NCBI RefSeq assembly: GCF_000181795.1
Contig: NW_003526945.1
Location: forward strand, 2,921,493 to 2,967,793
From: Trichinella spiralis
Taxonomy: Eukaryota
Length of the DNA: 46,301 nt
Direction of reading: 5' to 3'
Shown here: positions 13,595 to 25,800 of the stretch, piece after piece
How the letters are laid out: every line of letters starts with the position of its first letter
Numbering within the stretch: position 1 is the stretch's first letter
The notes under the pieces: generated by a model
Database searches by the model: none
Told to the model about the DNA's origin: nothing
Seen by the model: the letters and a program-made list of their open reading frames with translations, nothing else
Program-made: the position numbers and the translations under genes

Positions 13595-14777
13595 ATGGGC
13601 AGAAATAAGCAATCATTGTCAGCAAATTCAAATTCACTAAGCGAATTGCGAATGATGGTCAAGACTCAGAAATGGTCAGTGCAGAGTGAATTGGGAAGCG
13701 GCGTCTCAGGTGGTGTTTTCTCAATAAAAATGGGACATCTGTTTCGTAAAAAGACCTATGCATTGAAGGTAAGCAGTCGAACATTGCCTCACTAAGATGC
13801 AAATAAATTAAATAATAATTCTTTTATATAAGTAAAATAAGCCATGTTTGATTTATCATATATATATATATATATATATTGTAATGTTTTTTATTAAATG
13901 TTAAACATTTCCATCTTCTGCTATTACACACACCAATGCGCTAGAATATTTGACGCAATTGTACATTGTTTGTTTTGAAAAAATTGAAATAAATGTATTA
14001 ATTTAGGTTATTACAGACAAGAAAATGTACGAAAAGGAACGAGATGCTTTGAAGGAATTGAAGAATATTTCTCATTTTCCTCAGATGATTCAGTGCGGAT
14101 CAGGAATGAAATATCATTTTATTGTGATGAACATTCAGTTGTGCGATGTGAAGAAAATGTTGAGTTTGATGAAAGAGAAGAAATTCAGTATTACAACGGC
14201 TACAAAAGTGTTCAAAGAGTGTGTTGAAGCGTTGTGGGTGATGCATGAGAAAGGTCTGTTGCATCGGGATGTGAAGCCCGCGAATATTTTGATCAGCTTG
14301 GACGGCAAGCGAGTTCTGCTCGCCGACTTCAGCCACAGCACTAAGTATTTGCCAGGCGAACGTGAAAGCTTCACGTCACGATTCGTTGGAACGCCCCTTT
14401 ACGCTTCGTTGAATGTTCATTATTGTTATCAAGCAGCTCCAAGGGACGATCTGATATCGCTGTTCTACAGTGCCGTGGATATGCTCGGTCTGTTGCCGTG
14501 GATTCATTGCAATAATAAAATGGAAATAGTCTGGAAAAAGCAGCATCAGCTGAATTTTCTCAGAGCCTTGCCGTTCAATTATCAGCAAATTTATTTCTAT
14601 TTGTCCAGCTTAGCACAACACAAGTGTCCACGTTATGATTACCTGATTTCACAATTGGATGCTGTAATTGAGAGACACTCTTCTTCTACGGTGAATTTCA
14701 GTTATGATTGGCAAAAGCAAGATGTGGCGATTGAAGAATGCGGAAAAGAAATTTTGAAAAAAATGAAAAAACACTGA
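13595..14777 (+). CDS. Casein kinase 1 / tau-tubulin kinase (TTBK) family Ser/Thr kinase; exons 13595-13768 and 14007-14777
   Basis: Gly-loop LGSGVSGGVF, YALK (split by a phase-0 intron gtaagc...atttag), alphaC YEKERDAL, HRDVKPAN, DFS. The CK1-group motifs FVGTPLYASLNVH, PRDDLISLFYS and LPW are present. Confidence 0.9.
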
Positions 14778-16859
14778 CCGTTTGGTTAGTGGAAATGGAT
14801 GTTCTCTTTGCTGTTCGTACTTTTTTACCTTCAATGAGACGGCAACTGTTATCATAATTTATTAATTAACAATAATTCTACCCATCCGTTCTGGATCATT
14901 TTGGCTGAGAATTTATTTTCACTTTTAATGTTTACGAAAATTCAAAATGCATTCCATTTTTGTCATCATCATGTATTAATTAATTAATTTATTTATTTAT
15001 TTATAATATAGAGTGCTCTTGTTTTTATTGAATAATGTAGTGAATTTCAATTTAATACAATTTCGATTTAGTGAAAAATTAGAAATACTTCCGTCTTCTG
15101 TATTCAGTGTTCTTTTTCCATCTGAGCGACTTGGCTTCAAGTGAGATCATATTACTGTTGCTGATTTCATTCAATTATTAATTATGAAATGAATAACATG
15201 GAAAATAAACTAATATTCATGACAATGCTGAGTGTTGGATATTTTTTGTAAAAAAATATTTATGCTTCAATACGCACGTGTATTATTTGCAAATTAGAAA
15301 TTATCGCTGCTCTTGATTAATGATTAGTTGAAATCGACAATATGCAAATTTATATGCGAGTAGTATTTGTTTGCTTTGGTGCTTCATTTCAAATAATTGT
15401 TGCCTGACGGTGTGCGGCTACTGAAGAATGGCCATTTTACTGATAATAAGTTCGATGAAGATCTACAGAGCAGAATTGTTGTTGTTGTTTTTTTTCTGAT
15501 TTTTATTGTTATTTCTTGAAAATGATTCATCATCATAATTTACTACAGTTACACGAAAAGAAGATGAACTTCAACGAGCAGAAGACGTCGATTTGGATAA
15601 GGTGAACTTATTTTCCATTATATCGTAATTGCTTAAAAATATAACAGCGCATACATATCTGTTCTGTAGTTTGTTAAAATCACTTATTAATACGTTCAAC
15701 TAAACGACTGATTGTGGTTGATTGGAAATTTGTTTTAGGTGTTCAATGATTAATTACAGTAGTCTATTCTAAATGGGGCGTATGTAAGATGTTCTAGTGA
15801 TATAGATTAATGGCCATTTTAATTTAAATTTTTAATGTTATTTTGTCGAAAAAATGTTGAAAGTTGTTTTTAGAAAGAACGTAATTCAGAGTTAAGATTT
15901 AGTACGGTTAGGTTAGGTCGAATAACGAACGCTACGTGAAGTTGTTTTTCGTTTATGCAAAGTATTGTCTCTTTTTAAACGCTTGTGTTACCAACAACAG
16001 AGCGTTTGTTTACTTGACTGACGTGCAAGCAGAAGCGATAGATTACCACCACTTTGTGAATTTTATTTATAATTGTTACAGTACTTTCAAAATGATAATA
16101 AAGTTTAAATCAGAAGAAACTGAACAAATTATCTATGAAGGTGGAATTTAAATAATAATAATAATAATTTGAACAGAGATATTAAATAGCAGCATAATAC
16201 AATCGATAATTCTAATTAAAATCAACTTATATTAATTAATGTAATTAATTTTACTTCAAACTGTTCAAACATGTCTATTTGTTTATGTTTGCTTTTATTT
16301 CTTTCAATGTAACTGCTCTGTACATTATTTCTATAATTTTTGTATTTTCAAACCCTTGAAAACGAGAATGGAAAAGAAAGAAAAGAATTGTAGCACTTCG
16401 TATAAAAATACGAACATACAGAAATACCAAACATTAGTACTTTATTATTATTTTTGTAGCTTAGGAAAATACATACATAATTTTGATGAAAACTGCGGCA
16501 TATAATTAATTTTAACTGTGCAATAAGGCTTTCTGATATTGCTGCATGTCGATAGCTGGGTAGCAAACGCCGACTGCTCTGAACCACATTCCACTCAACA
16601 ACATTCATCTATACTAATTCGAACAGTGTTAAAAATGGAAAATGCTCTCAAACGTTTAGAAAATACTTAAAATTTATTTCAGAAAAAAAAACAATAAGAA
16701 TTGATATTATGTTTCTTGTTCGTAAATGCAGATGTATTTATTTTGAATTCAATAAACATCAAAACACGGGGTGATTATAGAACATACGATGATACGATAT
16801 ATATATGTATAATAACAACACGTATCGAAAATCACAGAATCATAGGAACTGTTTGAAGA

Positions 16860-17920
16860 GGAAGAAATTAATGGGATAACGAACGTTTCTGACTATCGTC
16901 AGTTGCTTCTTGGTCTTCTTCCGCTTGAAAATGTAGCGGTAGCGCTTCAATTACTGCACTTATCGGATGCGATCAAACATCGCAGTTTCTTCCAAGAAAA
17001 AATCGCATCTATACGCTTTGCCAATCAAGTATTGCACAATGCTTGTATTCTTTGTTGCCTTTTGAAATTCACCACCGATGAATGAAGTATTCATTAAAAC
17101 CAACAAGCTTCACCAAAACAGCTATGTCTTCGAAGCTGTGGAGAACCATGTTCTTAGCTGACGTTTGTTGGAAGCTATGGAGAACCGTGTTCTTAGCTGA
17201 CGTTTGTCGGAAGACGTTGGAGAATTCTTCTTCTTCTTCTGTGGCAAGTTCGAGTCCGAGCTTTTCATATACAATTTTTTGATAAATTCATCAGAAGTTC
17301 CTTCTGTGCATTCATATACATCAAGTTCATCGTCAATGGCAGCGTAGTCTTGCGCATTTATTACATCGTCAGTAACGAGATGACGTTCTGAAACGGCCGT
17401 GTGTAGGGTAACCAATTCATTTATGCAAACGACGTTGTCATCCTGTTCAGGAATCGGATCTTCAGCGCTGCTTATGCCTGAGAGTTGGAAACATTTTATA
17501 ATTACTTCTGCATCAACTTGATTCCACGACTGGCTGATCCAGCGAACTGCATCGAGAACGGTAATGCGGGAAGAAAATTTATACGCATGTTTACATGTTT
17601 CCGCATTCACCAAAAGACTTTGAAGTAGGTGCGAGCAATATTTACACTTGAACTGTCGTAAGACACCAAGATCCATCGATTGCCAACATCGGACGTGGAC
17701 TTCGCTGGCAAAAATTCTTTGACAGTTCCACATTCAGATGACTGGGCGCATTATCTAGCAAAACTAATAAAACCATTCTGTGTTGTCGACGCATGGCAGC
17801 ATTGACTACTTTCAACCATTCTACAAAAATCTCTGCAGTCGTCTACGCACTTTTGTTGTATTTCCACGTCACAGGCAGTTTAGACAAATCAACTCGAGCA
17901 TGCCTGAATGCACGTGATCA
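16860..17920 (-). mobile_element. Decayed pogo/Tigger-type (Tc1/mariner superfamily, DDE_1) transposase remnant
   Basis: Minus strand reads LPVTWKYNKSA*TTAEIFVEWL...MRRQHRMVLLVLLDNAPSH, then after frameshifts FLPAKSTS and QSMDLGVLRQFKCKY...ITVLDAVRWISQSWNQV...IIKCFQLSGI. These match pogo/TIGD motifs (AWMT, LDNAPSH, QPMDQG, W..V...I..CF..GI). It has an in-frame stop and two frameshifts. No TIRs recognised, so the boundaries are approximate. Confidence 0.85.
17132..17225. repeat. 39-bp tandem duplication (about 2.3 units) in the transposase tail
   Basis: gaagctgtggagaaccatgttcttagctgacgtttgttg followed by gaagctatggagaaccgtgttcttagctgacgtttgtcg and a partial third unit. Confidence 0.9.
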
Positions 17921-17924
17921 ACTC

Positions 17925-18654
17925 GACGTTGAAGAATTGATCAATTTAGCCAGGTTTACAGGTTTCACTGTATTGAATACCATTGTAGTACCAACAAATA
18001 TCACCATTTTTCCATTTTACTCGGAACCAACCATCTATCTCTATAAAAGCAAGAAACCTTCTGCTTGATTAAAATCTTTTATGTTTACAGTAATGCTTTA
18101 ATACCTACTTGCGTTGCTACTAATTTCTTCTACTGTAGTCAACTGGGCAAAGTCGGCACTGCGAATCAAAGACCGTGTCAGGATGTAGACATGTTGCTAT
18201 GCTTTCAGTGCGGTACTTTCCTTCATCCAATTACTAAACTAAAATACAATTCAATATAAAATGCTTCAATAACTGTTCAGTCAGTGTAAATTTACATGAA
18301 ATTCAAAAAATATCTCTTTAAAACGTAAAAAAACAAAGCATAGAAAATATTTCTGAAAAGTAAATTCAAAGAAAAACTGAAAAAAGCAATAATTTATCAT
18401 TCAGAAAATGACCAAAATTATCAAAATTAAAGAAACTGAATATTGTAAATTTACTAAAACGTTTAAGCAGGCAGGCATGAATTTGTTGAACAATTTTATA
18501 AAATGGACAAATTTACAAAGGGAATAAGATGTTCGAAAAAAATTCTTACGTCGAGGTTTCTGCCCACACATCCATGTGGACAATCGCAAATGTATACGCC
18601 GTCGTGTTGGACAGGACATTCGCCATGCTGTTTGGGTTCTGAGATTGATACGTC
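17925..18654 (-). pseudogene. Decayed EGF-like repeat exons (three modules)
   Basis: Exon 18654-18550 (cag|...|gtaaga) encodes DVSISEPKQHGECPVQHDGVYICDCPHGCVGRNLD. About 18235-18120 reads *LDEGKYRTESIATCLHPDTVFDSQCRLCPVDYSRRN*. About 18040-17925 reads DGWFRVKWKNGDICWYYNGIQYSETCKPG*IDQF. All fit the EGF pattern D.C...PC.(H/N)G.C....Y.C.C..GY.G.NC, with lost cysteines and stops. Confidence 0.5.
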
Positions 18655-19689
18655 CTGCTACCAAAAGCATGGGTATATATATATATATATTGTAGTGCGT
18701 AGTTAGTATAGTTGAAATTTCTGCATATGATATTCCATCGGGAACATTATCTTCCATATATAGAAATATGATGACTTTTAACATGCTCATCCAATATCCA
18801 GCGTACTTGATCGACGGTTACTCATCATCTGGATAGGAAATAAAAGACGCAAATAGGACGTAATTTTGACATGATATGCTTCGCCCATCAAAATATGGAA
18901 CCACAGCACCCATATAATATGACTTTCAATAAATTCCCTATTTAATCAAAATAGGGATTCCACTTGCAGCAGCGGTCGGAGTCAACGCATCTTCAACAAG
19001 AAAATGCACCGACTGACTGCTGGCAACAAATTTCAACTATAAATACTTCCAGGAAGTGACCTACATTTGAGAAAATCAATATCAAATTTCTATTGGTCGG
19101 TTTTGAAATGTTCGAGGGATTTTCAAGAAATGCCACTGCTTCGTGGCACAATTGATGAACAAATTGTTCGGATGAAAGCTTTCAAATTTTTCAACAGCAA
19201 GCTTCAGAAATGGAAATAAAAATATTAAATAAAAAAAAATTTAGGGTGTAAACTTCAGAGCTCGAAAACGCAATAGTTCGACGATTTTCTTTGAGAGGTG
19301 TTGAATTTTACCAGCATGGTCGATAAAGCAATTTATCATGATTAGCTTTTTAAATGTTATTTCTGATTTCGCTGCTGCTGAGTAAAATCCACGCGTAACA
19401 CCATATTATTATTATTATTATTATGTTTTAGGGAATATTCAAATTGCTCACATGCTTTAATAGATGAACATATTTATGATTTGTCCTGCGTCCATGCTGT
19501 TATTATTGTTTCGGGTGTTTGCTATACGGCGACGATTTTTAAACAAACGCTAGATGCAGCATTATTTTTTGTCAGCTAACAGTCTTGCTAATCAATGCGC
19601 AAATGCGCCGTGAAGCAAATGCATTGCCATGCGCGTGATCACATTGATGGATGAAAAGAAATTTAGAACATTTTTGCGCATCTCATTAA

Positions 19690-19694
<5 letters not shown>

Positions 19695-19725
<31 letters not shown>
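19695..19725. repeat. (TA)n microsatellite
   Basis: About 15 TA units. Confidence 0.9.
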
Positions 19726-19727
<2 letters not shown>

Positions 19728-22700
19728 TGCTGGTGAATTCGTATAAGCGAAAAAATTTTGAAATATTTGTTGTATTCAAATGAAAAATGGCAGATTCGAC
19801 ATTGCATCAGTGGGACTATTTGCTTACAGATTTTTTGAAAAAATCTTGCATGTTATTTTTGGAGTAATGCAAATTGTAACACGGTTTTCCTGGTTCTGTT
19901 CTATATTATTTGATTAGATGATAGATGACTGTAGAGAAGAAAACATGCATAAGCGTAATGCAAACAACGGCGACAGTCACATGACTGTAAATTTTTGAAC
20001 AACTAAAATAGCTTAATTTGTGAAATGCAAATAGTGAAACAAATTGTTATTTTTAACTGTTTGTTTATAAAATTTGTAAAAGCTCTCCGGTTTTTTGCAT
20101 AATACAGAAGCTCAGTTGTAATTATAAGCAGAGTTTATTTTGAAAAAATTGCCAAATTTTTACAGTGTTCATTTATTTATTTGTTTTTTCTGAGTAATCA
20201 TGCACTTATACCTGTTCTTCAATAATGTACAGTATTCTCCAACATTTATAGATAAAGTTATTGCAGCTGGCTGGTGTTGGTGTTTGCGCAATCTTGGAAA
20301 ATTGTTATGTCTTTCACGAAAGTAAGTTATAAATATTTCATGTCTGCTGTTTGTAAATATCGTAAATGTGTTGGCTTTTAAATAAATAAAGAACATTATG
20401 CTTTCTTCATGTGTGTTATTTTTTATCATGAAAATTGTTTTTTATGGACAGGTTTTTGCAACGTAAAACTGTTTAGAAAATTAGCAATTGCAGATGACAT
20501 TTTCTGAGCTGTTTTATTGCACATGCTATCACTTTTCAGAACTTTCATACTTGGTACAATTATAATTAATAATGTAATAATGATGGTATAATTTTTTAGT
20601 TTTATTTATTTTTTTTGTCAGTATGTCATGTAATGAGGTTCACAATGGAAAAAGGAATGTTTTAAATAGAATAAATAATTTTTGAAATTTTTATTTAACA
20701 TTCTTTTGATTTCAGTTGCATATATTTTTTCATAATAATATATGAATGTATGATTAAATTTTGACTGTTTGTTGTAGAAAACGATTTCAATTTTCACTCA
20801 CAAGTAACGCTGTTTTAATTTCACATTTTTAATCATTGAACTTGCCTATTGCTAGTATGAATATGATTGACTTCACTGCTGCCTGTTAAAAGTAAATAGT
20901 CAAACGGTTTATTGATAAGTAACGTGCTGTTATCGTCGCTTCTTATTTACTTCTAGATTGCAATGTACTTCTGTGCTTACGTCTCGGGTTAAAAAGTCAC
21001 ATTCGTTTATTATTGACTTATTAATATTTAATTTGACATTACGACAGAAATATTAGATTTTGTTAATGTTTAAAACTGTGGAATGTTGAATAGTAAAAGT
21101 TTTCAGATATTGTGCAATTTAATATGTGCAGGCTTTGTTTCATAATTTTTAAAACATCACAATTTTGCATATATGTATATTATTACATAATTTATAGTTA
21201 ATTATATTTAATTAAATCCTACGTATTTTGCATTAGATGCATATAGTATTAGAAGGTTGTTTAGTGTAATATTATGTATGATTTTTGGGCAAATAATTAG
21301 TGATCAGGGTTGTGTTATATCATATATTTTTTTCAACAGCTGGCATTGAGAATTTTTAATTAATCACTTCATTAATTGATGTAGTTTTGATCAGTTTAAT
21401 CAGTTTCAGTAACTTTCAAGAAATGTAAATTTTTTGTTTCATCTGACGTATTTTCACGTTTCATTTGTTAACATTTGCTTGCATGTATTCTTGCATACGA
21501 TTTTTTTATAACTTATTCTTTTATTTAAAAATGAAAATAAAAATTGCATCTCACTCCCATTTTTTTCTTCATTTTTGCTTTAATGCAGCAGTTGGGGGAA
21601 TGATTAAACGCAAATCAGGTTTGAATTTAAGAAATGTTCAGCAACATGTTGTGTGGAATTATTGTAATTCATTTTGTTCTGTTCAATATGGCTAAATATG
21701 TTTGATTTATTTGAAAATTTGAAATTGTAATTTATTGCGAACTGGTGTTTTTAAATAAAAATTTCCATTACGTGTTGCGCAAATGAATTTCGCGACGAAG
21801 CAGTGATTATTTTCTCTGTGAATGGTCTTTAAAGAAGTAACAGCTGTACGTTTTCAAGTGGTTTAATTATTTGATGACTGACAACTCTTTCAATCAAGAA
21901 ACTTAAAATGATGTTTCAAATGGAACATCGATTGCGAAAGGAAAAACATCGTCTTGGGTTAACCATATGTAAAGCGCTTCATGTAGAGCTATTTCAGTTA
22001 TTTTTGCGGCTAGTGGGATGTTTTTTTTTATAAAATCAAGTTTTAACAAATGATATGTTATGTGAAGTGATAATTTTGTCGGTAATAGTGTCGCTTAATC
22101 ATTTATTTTCTAGTTTACAAATCACGATAAGCACTTTATTTAGTGCAGTAGGTAAATTGCTGTGATTTATCGAATTAATACAAAAAGCACAGTATAATTT
22201 AAATATTTTATTGTTGTTTGCAACAAGCAGCGTGTTTCAATGACTACTAATGCAGTTTTTGAAAATTTTTAAATAGTTGTGTATAGCATTGATTGTATTA
22301 TGTATTATATATATTATGTAGATTATATATATTATTTAGTGTAAAATGAAATTTAATGAATAAAATTGCAGTTTTTTTGTGTAAAAAATGTAATTTTAAA
22401 TTATTTTTGCTTCGAAATGATTGGCCTAATTTTGAAAAAATTGTTGAATTGACCTTGATTGTTCATTTCCGAAGCAAGGTTAGTTACAGTAATCTTATTG
22501 TTTTTGTTGTCCTTGCTGACGGTGACCGCTGATTTTTGGTCGCTCTGTATGCACTTTACTTTAGCCTTTTTGAGCATAAGTTTACATCTTTTGCATGATT
22601 TTATTTTTTTTTGTTTTAAAAAAGTTATATATGTTCACATTTCATATGGTAATGAATATTTCAATTTTTCCCACGCTGGACGAATGCAAACTATTGGCCT

Positions 22701-22883
22701 GCTGGATTGAGCGAGTTGTGGGCTGAATTGGTAGTTTCAGTGCTTTGAAATTGTCTATAATTTTTTCGCCATATTTACTTGAATCGTAAAAAATTGAAAG
22801 TTAAATTATTTTAAATTTACTTTTTCTAATCTAGAAATCGAGCAGTGAAAAACCAGGCGGCCTCTGTTCATCGTTCAGGTGGC

Positions 22884-25800
22884 ATGGGACAGTCGCCTTC
22901 TGCACCTATTGATGTTGTTTCTTCAAACGCTCGTTCGGTGAATTCTTTTTTGTTTTGCTTTGTTTTATTTTGTTTTTCATCAATTAATTAATTTGCAATA
23001 ATGATTTTCAGGATCGTGACGCGAAAGCTAGACAGTCGACTAGAAGTTTGCCAGACAGTCAAGCATGGATAAAGGCCAGTTCAAAGCATGCGAGCGACGA
23101 ATTGAAGCGTTTTTCATCCGCGACGACAACTCAGCAGCGTCCGTCTGATTTGAGCAATTTCAGTACAGGCGTCTTGAACAGGCAGCATCCTTGTTGGAAC
23201 AGAAGCGCCGCTCCGTATTATGTGGAAAGCAAAGTGAAGACCACGACCGGACCGCGGTCGCTGGATATCAACGTCAAAGCGTTGTATCGTGATCAGCGCT
23301 CTGCACGTGACCTTCGCGTTTGGTAAAATTCAAAAATTTTCGTTCTCCTCTCGGTGAAATTGAAATTGCAGCCTTGTCCTTCAAATTGAATAAATATTCA
23401 GTTTCCTTTTTTCTCTTCTCACGTTTTACCTTCTTACAGTCGCGAAGAGCAGATGGATGATTGTTGGTCCGACGTTGCATCTGACATGTATCGCTTGAAC
23501 CGGAACGGCAACGCCGGCAAGTCGGCAACGTCCGGATTTGGGAAATTTGAAAAAGAATTCAACAAACGTCGTCCAACGGAAGCAGCAACGCCTGGTCCGA
23601 TTCAAAGCTCCAATTGTCGATGTTGGAATTTGTGTTCTGATTGATTCTTTTTTTAATTTTAATTTTGCTTCTTCAGCAAATCCGGACAACATGCCAACAA
23701 CCACTGGCGCCGATCTGCATCATCATCATCATCATCACCACAACCACAACCACAATCATCACCACCAGCCGCATCGTTCTTTGTTGAAAATGAAGCAAAA
23801 GTCGACCCAGAAGAAAGCATCTCATCCGGCTGCTTTGGATTTCACGTGGCAAAAATACGCCGCCCACTGCGAAACCAATGACCAAAGCGCGTTGAATAAT
23901 TCTTCAAAGCACATGACCAGCACCAGTTCGCCGAATCGTCTCAACAAAAGCAGCGTAAGCACTATTGTTATTATATTTTACGATTTTATCCAAAGTGCCA
24001 AGTAGTAATCCAAATAAGTCATAATTGCAATGCATAATATTACTGACAAAATGTGAAATTAATGTGGGATTATTTGGAAAAATTTTATTTTATTTTATTA
24101 AAAATTGATAACAGAAAAAAAAAGGATTAGCAGAACTGCAAATGAGGAGGAAAGTAGATTGTTTGTTTGTTTCTTTCTTTCTTTCTTTTCATATTCTTTC
24201 GCGAATGGATTGCGAGAGATGAGAATTACTTAACAGTGGTTGATTATTAATACGGAAGAGAACTTCAGCTGCGAGGTTAAACTTGTTTGTGAAATTTGCG
24301 AACGGGAAGTGTGCATTTGTGATAGAATTAAGAGTTTATTTTCGTCCTGATATATGTTGATATAGCTAACAACAAGTTTCTTTTTGCAGTATCAGCGTCG
24401 TTCGACGTTGAGCATGTCGAAAAGCAGCCTAGCTTCTCCCACTGGCCACAATTACTGCGAGAAGTTGATCATTCAAGTAATTTTTGATGATGGATATTTT
24501 TCTTTTTGAAAAAAATTTTGGTAATTTTTTTATAAAAAATATTATTCAGAGTTTGCGTTCGGAACTGAGCGCCGAGCGGACGGTGCGTTTGGACGCCGAG
24601 CGTCGCCTGAAGCAGTTGGAAAACGAATACCAGGCTTTGAACGCGCAGCTGGCGATTGTTGAGAAACAGCTGAGCGATGTGAACAAAAAATTGATTTCAC
24701 AAGGTGAAAATTTGAAGCAGAAATCCCTTTCCTGTGTCGAATTGACATGCAAAACCAAGGTGAGTTGTTGTTGTTGTTGTTGTTTTTGATGACAACATAA
24801 GATTCAGAGTTAATCCGTTTGCATAATTTGCTAATTGTCCCATGACAAGTGCAAAGTGAGAATAAATTAGAGTAGAGTGATGGGATGGTGAAAGTTGGAT
24901 TTTTGCTTTTTGCAAAAAAAAATCCAAGTGTTTTCACAATTTATTTATGGACACATGTGCACACGAGTGTTGTTGAATATTTGAGGAACTTGAAGAGTTG
25001 ATCGAGGCGACGAAAGTTCAGCTGAATCAGAGTAATCAAGAACGAGACCGTCTGCTTGAAAGCCGAGCGGCTGAAAAAGCAGCCTACGACAAATGCTTGG
25101 ACGATATATTGAGTCGGGTAGCTAAAGCGGTTGTCGAATATGAAGTGAGTTTTGGATCAAGAAGAGCCAACGAGCAAAACCAATAATTAATTAATGAATT
25201 GTTTTATCGCCAGATGCTTAGTCAAGAATGTTTCCGTTTGAAGAATCGGAATATTCAACTGGAAATGGACAACAAAATTCTCTACGCTCAGCTGAGAAAG
25301 TATACCGGCATGCAGAGGCCGGTGGTACGTCCAGGGCCGTTGGAACCGATCAGCGCTGAAGCTGAAGAAGACGAAGACGAGGTTGTTTTTCGTTCTGGTC
25401 CAAACCATTCCTATGCAAAAGTATGTGCAAACGGGGGCCGTATGTTGATTTGAATTCGCTCCTATTCCACCGATGCGTTGACTGATCGACTGGTTGACTG
25501 TAGGTTAACGTGGCCGAGTTGCCTTCGCCGGACAGCAACGCTGGTGAAGCGCTTTGCAGTCGGCCTGTATCGTTCATTTTTGACGGTCAGGGGGAGGCGT
25601 TGTCGCCGGTTTCTTGCGGCGAAAAGAGCACAGAGAAGCAATCGTCCGTGGAAACGCTGGTCGACGAGGACAACAGCCGAGTACGGTCTGCATCCGAGTT
25701 GCTTTCATCGGCTGCGGCTTCATTCTACGAACTCGCCTCTCCCCAGAAACGACTGTACGAATCCAATCCAAGAACCACGACACTGACGACCACTGCCCAC

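Noticed and set aside
15400..15760. Exon-like piece 15549-15601 (TRKEDELQRAEDVDLDK)
   Set aside because: No convincing start, partner exons or homology
17132..17225. 39-bp repeats as a CRISPR array
   Set aside because: Eukaryotic context, no spacers; simple tandem duplication
19787..19990. Possible upstream exons of the NCKAP5-like gene
   Set aside because: Phases do not join to each other or to the exon at 22835
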